Shown here: positions 1 to 11,570 of the stretch, piece after piece
How the letters are laid out: every line of letters starts with the position of its first letter
Position numbering within the stretch: the stretch's first letter is position 1
From: Octopus bimaculoides
Taxonomy: Eukaryota
DNA length: 63,650 bases
Direction: 5' to 3'
NCBI RefSeq assembly: GCF_001194135.2
Contig: NC_068985.1
Span: 36,115,616 to 36,179,265 of the forward strand
The notes under the pieces: model-generated
The model's database searches: none
Seen by the model: only the letters and a program-made list of their open reading frames with translations
Told to the model about the DNA's origin: nothing
Position numbers and translations under genes: made by a program

Positions 1-38
<38 letters not shown>

Positions 39-51
39 CATACATGCACAA

Positions 52-206
52 GCTTCCTCACAGTTTCTGTCAATGAGATTTATATACAAAGTATCGGTTG
101 GTTTGGGGATATAGCAGAAGACACTTGCCCAAGATGGGTGCTACACTGGAGGATTGAACTTGAAACCATGTGATTACAAAAGAAGCTTCTTAACCACACT
201 GCCATA
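52..206 (-). mobile_element. tRNA-derived SINE (family B) 5' part, diverged
   Basis: Reverse complement resembles the head of the 32716 copy (..GTGTGGTTAAGAAGCTT..TTGGGCAAGTGTCTTCT..). Confidence 0.75.
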
Positions 207-2390
207 AATGCACTAAGATTATACACAATTCTGAAGTTGTAATGTAGATGCTATTGTTTGATCTCAGATCATCTCTAATCAAGCAGAGTTACGATCAAAG
301 GCATTCCTGTCTTGACCATCCCATATTTTTTCAGGCACAGAGTCCCTGAACCCCATTATTCAGTATGTCCTTTATTTATTTTAAGGGAGTAAAGAAAGTT
401 TAAGAGAGACTTGTCTGCTAGTTCTTAGAAATAAAGTGATTGCAGAATTTCCCACTTTGGCTTGTGAAGTTGTAATTAAATAAAGTGGTAATAGTGAACT
501 GTTTAATTATTGGTGAACCGAATTCATGTTTATGAATTATTGGTGAACCGAATTCATGATTTTACATTCTTGTTCCTGAAGTTGATAACACCTTCAGAAA
601 TATGAACATCCCATTTTCTTGTGTCCAGTACATTTGGGGTCCCTTATGAAATAGAGCATTTTTATTAAAACCTTTAGTTAATTAGTAAGGGTGGAAGCAG
701 GTAAGGGAACTAATCAATTTTCCAAAGTAAATTATCAAAGTTAATCTACAGACTCCTTATTTAATATAATTTCAATACATTTGTTATTGTAAACTTGGAT
801 TTACTGTTCATATATTAGAACTCTATGTCTACCTCTCTCTCTCTTCTTCCTTCTATATCTCCTGAATCAAAACAGATTATGCATAATTAATTATATTTAA
901 GTGTAATTATGGATCCCAGGTTATTAAGTATGCTTCATCACACACTTTGTTCTTTATAGGTTATTGCTATAGTTACAAGCATCTCTACTTCATAATTATT
1001 TTTCCATACCTGTCTGCTTGGTTGCTTCATTATTTCTTGATAGTATTTCAGTGATCATGAATATTTAAATATTATGATTCTTCATATGAAAGGATGTAAA
1101 ATTAATTGAAATTAATTATTAACTTATTTGATTATATATTTTGTCAGTTGTATGATGAGTGATATAGAATAAGAGGTAAGCTCCTGTCCAGCAAACTGAG
1201 TCTACAGTATGGTTTTCATTCCTACAGTTTGTTATTCACTTCATTTATGCTGTCAGTGCTATATGACAAGAAATAAACATCGTAATATTTATTTCTTGTT
1301 CCTTTAACCCATTGATGGATATTTCTGATCAGGGAAAATGAAAGTACATTACCTTTTTGTTTTTACCAGTTTTATACTCCTTTTATCTATTTATTTTTAA
1401 ATTTTTTTACTATGAGTGTTTTCTGACATTCTCTTCTTTCCGAAAGGGAGTATATAACTTAAGACATGTTGTGCATATTCTTTCATCATTGGTCCTTATC
1501 CTGTTTAAAGAGATTGAAAGGGATTGCAATTTGAAACATTTTCATGTGACTTGTTAGAGAAAATGTTCCTAGAATTGAATGTTTGTCCTAATGCAAGCTG
1601 CTAAATAGCAAGTCTTAGTGACAACTGCTTTACATTTTCACCAATATGGGTACCAGAGGAAGGAAACAATGTGTGGAGATCTTTTTAGGCTGGAAATAAG
1701 GAACTAAAGTTCATTAATGTTTGGTTTATTGCTGATTAGTGTTGGTGAGGATTGTGTAGTGTTCCAGTGAAACAGAAGGAGGGTTGGAGAAACATTAGTT
1801 GTAGGAATTGAGATGTGTGATTCAGTAGGAGTGACAGGACAAGAAAAGATTAGTGCATTGAGTGGGCTTATTATATGAGGTCAGTCTCCAGTTATAAGTT
1901 CATGATACTTATCATCTTAGAAAGTGTTCAGTGAGTGACAGACTGGTCAAGAGTTTCTATTTTTTTGGAACAAAGCATGTATTTGAACATTTCAACAGTA
2001 AACAAATTTTAAAATTTTCTTTCGAAAACTAGAGATTCATCATTTTGCTAGAGGTGAGTAAGATACTGTTGTTGACTCAACAAATGGATGAAACATATTT
2101 GTAACATTTGCTTCTCTGATGGAATTCTTATAAGAAAGATTATGTTGTAAATCTTTATAGAAGACCAAATTTACAAGAGAGAATATTTAATTATCTGCAA
2201 TGTGCTTATAATTTTTTTTCCCACTTAAGGGGGTAATTAGTTGTTCATGCATCACTAGATGTGGTCTCTATCCAGTTACTATGCCACAGGTTTGAACTTG
2301 AAGTATCAATTAAGTTCTCATTGATGTGACATTAACCATGACTACTTCACTTCTGTTTTTTTTTTTGTTTTCTTTTTGTTTTTTTTAAAT

Positions 2391-2683
2391 GAAGAGCAGT
2401 GCTCAGTGGTCCATTTTCTGAAGGTTGAAAGTATATCAAAAGCCATTCAACATGGTATGGGAACAATATATTTCTACTGCGGACTGTTAATGAATGGACT
2501 GAAAAATTCAAGAATGGCTACATAAGTATTACACATCAAGAAGAAGCTGAGCACCCAAACATGTCCTGTGTTGATGATAACACTAAACAACTTTGTGATG
2601 TGGTTTTGTTGAATAGCTGGGTAATTATTAATCAATTGGCAGATAATATTCAAATTAGTTGTGGTTTTTTACTATAAAATCAT
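2391..2683 (+). mobile_element. Decayed mariner transposase N-terminal fragment
   Basis: Translates EEQCSVVHFL...VNEWTEKFKNGYISITHQEEAEHPNMSCVDDNTKQLCDVVLLNSWVIINQLADNIQISCG, a typical mariner HTH region. Confidence 0.7.
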
Positions 2684-3484
2684 TTATGGCTGATTTTGCC
2701 ATCATTAACAAAATAATGAACTTAATAAACATCTGGTATCCAGACTTGTACTGTAATGACTATAGGGAGGACACTTTAATGATGGATGTACAACTAATTT
2801 TCTTTCCAATCAGAAAAGATTACAAAGACGTTGCAAATAATTAATGATTTACCCTTGTTAATATTTAAATTCTAAAAAGAGTGTGATTTTACTGTTGCTT
2901 CATCTAACTTTTGTGTATCTCTTCACTCTGTAATTGTAACAGTTCAAAACTTCATCCATGTGAAATAATGTGTGTTCATTTGGAAAAAGAAAACTTAATT
3001 TAGCAATAAAATGGATATTCTAATTGATTTTCTGGCTAAATTCTATGCATATTTTATGACTTGATTCATTTAAATTCTTATGGTAATAAAAGAAATTAAT
3101 AAAACAAAATTTTAATTACCACATTATAAACTAGTATAAATACAATTATGTTATAAATAACCTTTTGATCAATTTTATTCATCTGCAGTGATATAAATTT
3201 CCAACATTGGTACATTGCCACAACTTTGGCATAGTGTCATACATCATTTTTAGTCACATATGGTTCTTTTTTCATCACCTTAGAAAGGATAAAAGGAATG
3301 ATGTTCTTTTTGTTCTTGTATAACTGAGAAGCATAAAAATATTACATGGCTTTTAAGCTAGCAGTCTACCTTTTGTGCCTTTTATTTCTTGTAAAATAAA
3401 CATCAAGCTCACTTAAAGGGTTTTTTGATGAACCATAACACATTTGGGTTAGAAGAGTTGGTTTTTTTTTCACAATGTCCTCTT

Positions 3485-4763
3485 TATGATTGTTAGCTGA
3501 CCAAGTTCATAGGCTGACCAAGATACTCTCTTAGAAAGTGACCAAATGAGGTTTATTTTTCATTATAGTACCCCTCATGGTCCACACACTTCTTCTATCA
3601 GCGTTGTAGTACTTGGATCCCATTACTGAAGAAACTTTCGTCTTGTTGATCAAAAAAAGTCATCACCAGCAGATATGACATCATCATCACTGCAATACTG
3701 ATTCCCAGCCAAGTGTTGGGGAACAAATAATAGTCAGCTGAGGCCAAATCAGGAGTATAAGGATGGTGATCAACCAGTTCAAAGCCACAGTCATGCACTG
3801 CAGCCATTGAAAGGCAGGACTTGTGTGCTGGAGTATTGTTCTGATGAAACAAGATCCCTTTCGTCAGTTTTCCTGAGCATTTGGTCATGATAGCTTTTCA
3901 TAATTGCCTCAACAAGTTGGCATAGTACTTTCCATTGATGGTGTGGACCATTTGAAGATGGTCAATAAACACAATTCCTCTTGCATAAAAAAAAATTGGG
4001 GCTGTCACCTTCCTTGCAGATGAAATGACTTTGACCTTCTTTGGAATAGATAAGGAGGGGTGTTTCCACTGCATAGATTGTCTCTTTGTCTCTGACTCAA
4101 AGTGATGAGCCGAACACTCATCTTGGGAGGGAAACATTCAAGGAAGCCAGCTGGATCTGCCTTAAACAATATCAGATTTTCCCTTGATGTGATCAGCATG
4201 GAGCACTTTTGATCGGATGTGAGAAGATGCAGCGCCCACCAAGCAGAAATGTTTGTCATGCCAAGTTCATTGTGCTGAATATTCTCAACTCTCTCATGGG
4301 ATATGCTAACAGCATTTGATCTATTTGATTTATAGTCAATCGCCTGTCATCCATCACCATGTGGTGAATATGATCAATGTTTTCCTCAGTGGTGGCAATT
4401 GCAAGACATGTAGACCTTGGGTCATCTTCAAGACTATCCATTCCCCTCCTAAATTCAGCTGCCCGTTTTTGTACTGTTGATAAAGCTGGAGCATCATCCC
4501 CTAATGTAGCAACCTCATCAGTATGAATGTCCTTGGGGGCTAAACCATTTTTCTGCAGGTACTTGATAACACCATGATGCTGAATTTTGTCCATTTTCCA
4601 GAGAAGTCACTACTAGTTACTTTTAGGTCTTCTTTGAACAGTCAAATATGAGTTTACCTGGAAAGAAACAATGCAGTTATTCATAATAAGAATTGAAATT
4701 AATGCACGCAAAATTTCACACTCCTTCATTGCCAACCTATTAACTTTTTAGTCCACCCTCATG
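3485..4763 (-). mobile_element. Full-length defective mariner (irritans/Himar1-like), about 1.28 kb
   Basis: Frameshifted ORFs MDKIQHHGVIKYL..., HHFESETKRQSMQWKH...SARKV, LFHQNNTPAHKS...HHPYTPDLASADYYLF. Degenerate TIRs share AAGTT(C/A)ATAGG(C/T)TG. Confidence 0.9.
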
Positions 4764-5304
4764 CAAATCTGCCTGTAGCTATAGACAAATCGAGAAGCAT
4801 CAAGAAAAATACTGCATCTGTTATGCATGATGTAATTGCCATCAATGTATCTAAAGATATGATTGATTTATAGATATTTGCTAAAACCTCATCCAAGAAC
4901 TTTATATTCTTCCAAAACATGTTTGCTGCCTTGGTTGACTGGGTTCCAAATGCAGGCTAGTCAAATCGACCTTCTTGAATTTTACTGAAGTATATGCATG
5001 TTGTTTAGTCTCTCATAAAGCTAGGTGAGAAAATTGAATTGTTTATCGAAATCATCCTGTTTTCCCATTTGATACATGCTTGAAGTTATGTATTGTAACT
5101 TCTTTGAATCATGGCTGAGCACTACATGAGAATTTTAGTCTACATGGTGATGGACAAATCTGGAAATTTGTCAAGTCTAGTAAAAAGCTAGTCCGAAGAT
5201 ATCAAACTAACAATGGACAGCAATGCAGATCGATAAACTAAATGAGAATAATCTGTCATGCCCAATGAATCATGATAGGCTTAGATCCTGTTATGAATTA
5301 CTGC

Positions 5305-5500
5305 CTTTAAATGCCTGAAGTTTATGCAACATGATCCACCTTTTTGATTCTTACATTAAAAGTATTGATCCTGATTTTGTTACAGTCACTGAAACATGGC
5401 TGCATTCTTTACTGTGCAATGAGGTTTTTAGCATGGCTGGCTTCAATTTATTTTGAAAAGACTGCTTTAATTGTTCGTATTGCAGGGTAGGGGTTTATTC
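5305..5500 (+). mobile_element. CR1/L2-like LINE AP-endonuclease remnant
   Basis: LNA*SLCN...KSIDPDFVTVTETWLH...AGFNLF*KD matches the APE N-terminal motif NARS...D-x-x-x-TETWL...G(Y/F)...RxD. Confidence 0.6.
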
Positions 5501-5547
5501 AAGCTTTTCAGCAATTCTTTATGACAGTTTGAACTAGTCACAACATT

Positions 5548-7490
5548 GTCATTATCATCATCATTTAGCGTCCGTTTTTCATGCAGGCTCCAATCTGATC
5601 TGGCAAGGTTTCTATGGCTGGATGCCCTTCCTAATGCCAACCACTCCTAGAATGTAGTGGGTGCTTTTTACATGCCACCGCCATGGGAGCCAGTCAGGTG
5701 GTACTGGCATCGACCACAATCAGATGGTGCTTTTTTATGTGCTACCAGCACAGGAGTCAGTTAGGGAGACTGGTATCGGGCACATTCGGATGTGTTTTTT
5801 ACATGCCACCAGCAAGGGGAGCCAGTCAAGCAACACTGGCATCAACCCACACTTGAGTGGTGCTTATTACTTGCCACCAGCATGGATACCAGTCAGGCAG
5901 CACTGGCATCGGCCACAACTACAATTTCCATTTTGATTTCGATTTCAATTCGATTCTTGATTGATTTTACTTGACTCAAGTGGTCTTCTCAAGTGCAGTG
6001 TATTGCCCGACGATTCAAGGTTACTTTTAAATGGGCTGGTTATGCGACACTGGTATAGGCCATGGCTGTGATATTGCTTTACTTGTTGGGTCATTGGCCA
6101 TGATTCAATTTCACTTGACTCAACAGGTCTTCTTAAGCACAGCGTATTGCCCAACGATTCAAGGGTACTTTTAAATGGGCTTATTATGCAACATTGGTAT
6201 CGGCCACAGCTGTGATCTCACTTTATTGCCAGGTCTTCTCAATCACAAAATATCTCCAAAGGTCTCAGTCTTTTGTCATTGGCTCTGTGAGGGCCAACGT
6301 TTGAAGGTCGTACTTCACCACCTCATCCTCTATTAGAGCAAGGTCATCAGCATAGAGGAGCTCCCAGGGGCAGCCTGTCTTGAATTCCTCTGTTATTACC
6401 TGGAGGACTATGATGAATTAGAGGGGGCTGAGGACTGATCCTTGGTGGACCCCTACTTGTACCTGGAATTCTTCACTATACTCATTGCCAACCCTTAGCT
6501 TACTGACAGTATCCCTGTACAGGACCTGTACAGCTCTTACCAACCACTCGCCTATCCCTAGTTTCCGCATTGCCCACAAGATAAGGGATCGGGGGACCTT
6601 GTCAAAGGCTTTCTCCAAGTCAACAAAGTCCAAATACAGTGGTTTATCTTTGGCAAAGTATTTCTCCTGAAGTTGCCTTACCAGAAATATAGCGTCAGTG
6701 GTGGTTCTACCTGGAACAAAACAAAACTGCATCTCATCCAGGTTAACTCTCTCCCTAATTAGTTGGACTATGACCCTCTCCATGACCTTCATCACCTGAT
6801 CCAGCAATTTGATACCCTTGTAGTTATTTCTATTTAAAGCATCACCTTTACTTTTGTAGTAGTTGACTATGGTGCTGCTACACCAGTCATTGGGTATGAC
6901 TCCTTTATGAACTACCTGATTTACAATATGGGTAACTAGACCATAACCCACACCACCAGATATTTTAAGCATCTCAGCAGTGATTTCTGGTAGGTGGGGT
7001 GCTTTCCCTGTCTTCATATCCTTAATTGCTTTATCTACCATGGTACTGTCGATTTGGGTAGTGGTCCCTCAATTGGATCAACATGTGGCAAGCCCTTCTC
7101 CTCCCATTTATTTTCCACATTCAGCAATCTTTCATAATAGCATCTCCAAGCTTCTTTCTTTGCAGAATCATTAAATGCAAGTGCACCATCATCCACGTGG
7201 ACACATTTCTGCCCCATGACATCACAATTTTCTCTCACACAGTGTTGCAATCCAAAATACTTCAGTTCTTTGGTCTTCACGTTGCTGAACATTAGCAAAC
7301 TTCTTTTCTGCTTCTCTCTTGGCTATATACACCTGTCTCCTAGCCTCCCTTCTGGCTATCTGGTATAGTTCCTTGCTACCTCTACTCTTCCTGGATTTCC
7401 AGGCCTGCTTCTTTGCTCTAATGGCTCTGTCTACAGTATTATTCCACCACCACGTTACCCTAGGTCTAGAAGAGACTTATCTGCTCCATT
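5548..7490 (-). mobile_element. 5'-truncated RTE-type LINE with RT and 3' UTR ending in (GAT)n
   Basis: RT ORF 6418-7041 (GKAP..ITAEMLK..NYKGIKLL..QFCFVPGRTTTDAIF..FVDLEKAFDKVP..GVHQGSVLSPL); tail GGACGCTAAATGATGATGAT; CAT repeats on both flanks. Confidence 0.9.
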
Positions 7491-7530
7491 CAGTCACTAT
7501 CATCATCTTTGTCATTTTTGTCATCATCAT

Positions 7531-7574
<44 letters not shown>

Positions 7575-9489
7575 GTATTTGTTTATTTTTTATTTAATCA
7601 CTACTTGGACAATGGAGGTGAAAAAGAGACAGTGCTCATGATCTTTGTCTATGCTCCCAGACTGGTGAGATTAATGTAGTTGTTATTTTCAGCTTGAAAC
7701 TTTGTAAAAATGATAGTAGGATTGAATTCTTGAGAGTTGCATTCTGGAAAAAAGAAATTGGACATGTATTTAATGTGAGCTCCCTGCAATGGTAATGAGT
7801 AGAGTGAGGTTATGCAGCTATGGGGTTCAGAGAAACAGAAGTTTTAATGATAATAGCAGTAGAGCAGTAAGAGAAGAAATGGCTATGTCTGTGAGCTAGG
7901 GAATGTAACATGTTGGTGAGTGAATTTTCACCAATTAGCTAGCTAACTTATTTTTGTACGTGATATATTGTGTGTGTGTGTGTGCACGTGTATGTTTGCA
8001 TGCATGCATGTGTATGTGTGTGTGTAGAGAGACAGGGAGAGAGAAAGAAAGCACCATCTGAAATATGTACACAGTACTCCAATGCATATTACAATTGTGC
8101 AAGCAGAGTGACCAAGTCAATGTGATATTGTTTATCAATATTCTGCAAACTCTTAATTGTTACCAACACAGATCCTTATCAGTTTCCTTGAAACCATAGT
8201 CTTAACTCTTTCTTATTGAATATTTACAAGACATGAATTAACCTTACCTTATGTATTCGGCTGTTGTAATTGTTAAATGTATCCAATTGTTGATCAAATT
8301 ACATAGCATATTGTTTAACTATTTTAAAAGTGAATTCTTCCAAGATGTCTTACTAATTGTCAATGCTTAAATATTGGTGTGTTAATGTATGACCTGAGGG
8401 TGAAAAAGTTGTCTCTTTGGATATTTGATTACAATCAAGTTGTCAGTGTTATGATTTGAACTTGAAAATATGAGAAGTTAAATTAGATTCTGCAGAATCT
8501 AATTAGGTGTTCTGCTCGCTACACCAGCTAGACAATTTATAGGTCTACTTGGTTAGGAATGGCTTGAGTTCAAACATCAACAAAACATACACCAAATTAA
8601 AATAATATTTTACTCGGATATGAAGCTCTAAATTTATAAAGCTCTAAATTTATAAGCAAGACAAGATAAAATGTGATATTTTTACTTCTTTTTTTTTTAA
8701 GTGAAACTGCTTCTAAATAGAAATTGAAACCGTGTTACCATCGACTCCATTGCAACAATTGAAAGTAAATATCAACATCACTTGTTACAGAATTATTGTA
8801 GGAATTCTTTTGTTGCATCAGTTTGTTTTGAAACCTTATTCTGTACTGTATATTTAAAACTGTTGTTGTTTCTTGGAAGGAAGACAAGTCTAAAACCTCT
8901 CCATTTTATTTCTGATTTATTTGCAGAGAATTCAATGGAAAAGCAACAAAGATCTGGTTAATCATAATATTTTCATGGAGTCATCTAGATGCGAACTGAA
9001 GTGGAACTGCATTCACATATGCCCATTGTATCTTTATTATTCAAGAAGAAAGCTGAAAAAGGTAAATTTCATGTTTCTTTATAACCAGTGTTGGCGTGTT
9101 TATGTCCCTGTAAATTATCAGTTCAGTAAAAGAGACCAATAGGATATGTACCAGGCTTAAAAACTAAGTCGTGAGGTAAATTCATTTAACTAAAATTCTT
9201 CAAGGCTGTGTCCCAGCATTGCCATAGTCTAATAACAGAAACACGTAAAACAATAAAAGAATATATATATGTAGCATCTCTATTTAATAACAAGCAATTT
9301 CAATTGGCAGAATCATTTGAGTGTCAGATAAAACACCTTCAGGTATTTTTTCTGGCTCTTTATATTCTGACTTCAAACCACTGAGGTCAACTTTCCCTTT
9401 TTTTTTCCCACCATTCAAGTATTTGGACCAAAGGCATCAACTAACCTGAATCCCTTGAAAATTACTGGCCTTGTGCCTAAACCAGAAAC

Positions 9490-9540
<51 letters not shown>

Positions 9541-9586
9541 CATTATTATTATTATTATTATTATTTATTATTGTTACTATTATTTT

Positions 9587-10130
9587 GGTTTGACACAGGT
9601 TCGGTCTTATTCCTGGTAGGAATTATGTGGATAGCAGGTTACTACCTGTAACCTTAGGTATCCACAAGTTTTCAGCAGTCTTTCAAGTGCTTAGAACCCC
9701 CCTGGTAATCCTTGTTGTCCCTAACAGAAAAACTTTCTGTAGGAGCTCTACCAGGCCATTTATTTCAATCTCCTTTTGCCATTTGTCTATATCTTGGCTT
9801 ACTGTTCCCAATACACCAATTATTATAGGCACAACCTTTATTGTTCACATGTTCCAAATTCTTCCTATTTCAAACTTTAAGGAACTGTACTTTTTTTGTT
9901 TTTCTTCCTCTTTCTTTACAATCCTGGAATTAAATGGGTCAATAAGTAAGCAACTTCACTTTTCCTTATCAACAATCGTTATGCCTGGCCTATTATTCCC
10001 TAATTTCTTATCTGTTTGAATAGGAAAATCCCACAAAATCTTACATTTCTCCGACTCCAGTGCTCTTTCAACCTGATGATTGTACCATGTGTTTCCAGCT
10101 TCAAATCCCCATTTCTGGCACAGTTTCCAG
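9587..10130 (-). mobile_element. 3' end of an R4/Dong-clade (RLE) non-LTR retrotransposon in a (TAA)n tract
   Basis: Minus frame 10129-9683: WKLCQKW..WYNHQ..ILWDFPIQTDKKLGNNRPGITIVDKEK*..LLID..KKEEEKQKKY..IWNM*TIKVVPIIIGVLGTV, an RLE domain with two in-frame TGA stops. (TAA)n on both sides. Confidence 0.85.
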
Positions 10131-10409
10131 TTATTATCATTATTATTATTATTATACTGGTGAGCTGACAGAATCATTAGCATGCCAGGCAAAATGCTTA
10201 GCGGCATTTCATCTGGCTTCTTGTCCTGAGTTCAAATTCCACCAAGGTCCACTTTGCCTTTTATCCTTTCAGGGTCAGTAAAATAAGTACCAGTTGAGTA
10301 CTGGGGTCAATATAATTGACTTATCCTCGTCTCCAAAATTGCTGACCTTGTGCCAAAATATGAGCCACTTTTATTATTATTATTATTAATATTATTATCA
10401 TTATTCTTA

Positions 10410-10477
<68 letters not shown>

Positions 10478-10502
10478 CCATCCTATCTACTAGGTCATGC
10501 AT

Positions 10503-10680
10503 GAGAATACATGGCTTAGTGGTTTGGGTGTTACACTCACAATTGTGAGATCGTGGTTTCAATTCCTAGACCAGGTGATGCATTGTGTTCTAGAGCAAAA
10601 CACTTCAACTCACATTGCTCTGTGATCACTTTGACACCTGACACAAGGTACACCATTCACCTTTTTGATGGACTATAAAC
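10503..10680 (+). mobile_element. tRNA-derived SINE (family C)
   Basis: A-box TGGCTTAGTGG and B-box-like GGTTTCAATTCC, then TTCTAGAGCAAAACACTTCA; related to the 18948 copy. Confidence 0.7.
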
Positions 10681-11062
10681 AAGTCATTTGTGCAGGTCAT
10701 TTTGCAAAAGCTGAACATTTATATGTTGTCTTCGACAGGAGAGTCCCTCATCATCATCTTCTTCATCATCATCGTCATCATCATCGTCATTGTCATCATC
10801 ATCATCATCATCATATTCATCATCATTATTATTATTAAGGTGGTGAGCTGGCTGAACCATTAGTGTACTGGACAAAATGCTTAGCAGCAGTTCATTGATC
10901 TTTACATTCTAAGTTCAAATTCTACTGAGGTTGACTTTGCCTTTCATTCTTTTGAGGTTGATAAAATAAGTACCAGTTGAACATTGGTGTCAATGTAATT
11001 GATTCACCTTCACCTCTAAAACTTGTAGGCTTTGTGCCAAAATTTGAAGCCATCATTATTAT

Positions 11063-11570
11063 TGAGTGAGAGAGTAGTGCATGCCATCAAAGTGACACTG
11101 GGATAAGATATACGATGCCCAGTATACCCATCATGACTACCTGTCTGATAAGGGTCCACTAAGCACATGCATCACAACCATATGCACATGGCATGGTGAA
11201 CTCATATCAAGATAAACAATGCATGACCTTGCAGTTGGGGCCCTGTTAGAATTTTCTTCAGGTTGAATAGCCCATCTCTCTCAAAAGGTCTTTGAATAAG
11301 GGTTATTTAAGAATGTTGAATGAAACAGCCACATTTCCAGAGGTGAATTATTCAAACTCCAAAGAATTCCTCTCACCACATAGTTCTGATGTTCTCCCAC
11401 TATTTCTGCCCATGAGATCAGAGATGCACATATCATCAGCCACCAAGGGACATGCTCAATTGGTTAAAGTAAAACAACTGACAAGCAAATTTGTCGGATT
11501 AAACAGAATATTTGCTGTAGACATGATAACACTTCCTATCAGTTAAGATCAGAAGCCATGAGAGCCAGGG
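11063..11570 (+). repeat. Interspersed repeat, partly duplicated at about 18720-18900
   Basis: TTCAAACTCCAAAGAATTCCTCTC..AAGGGACATGCTCAATTGGTT is shared with TTCAAACCCCAAAGAATCCCTCTC..AAGGGACACGCTCAAGTGGTT. Confidence 0.7.
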
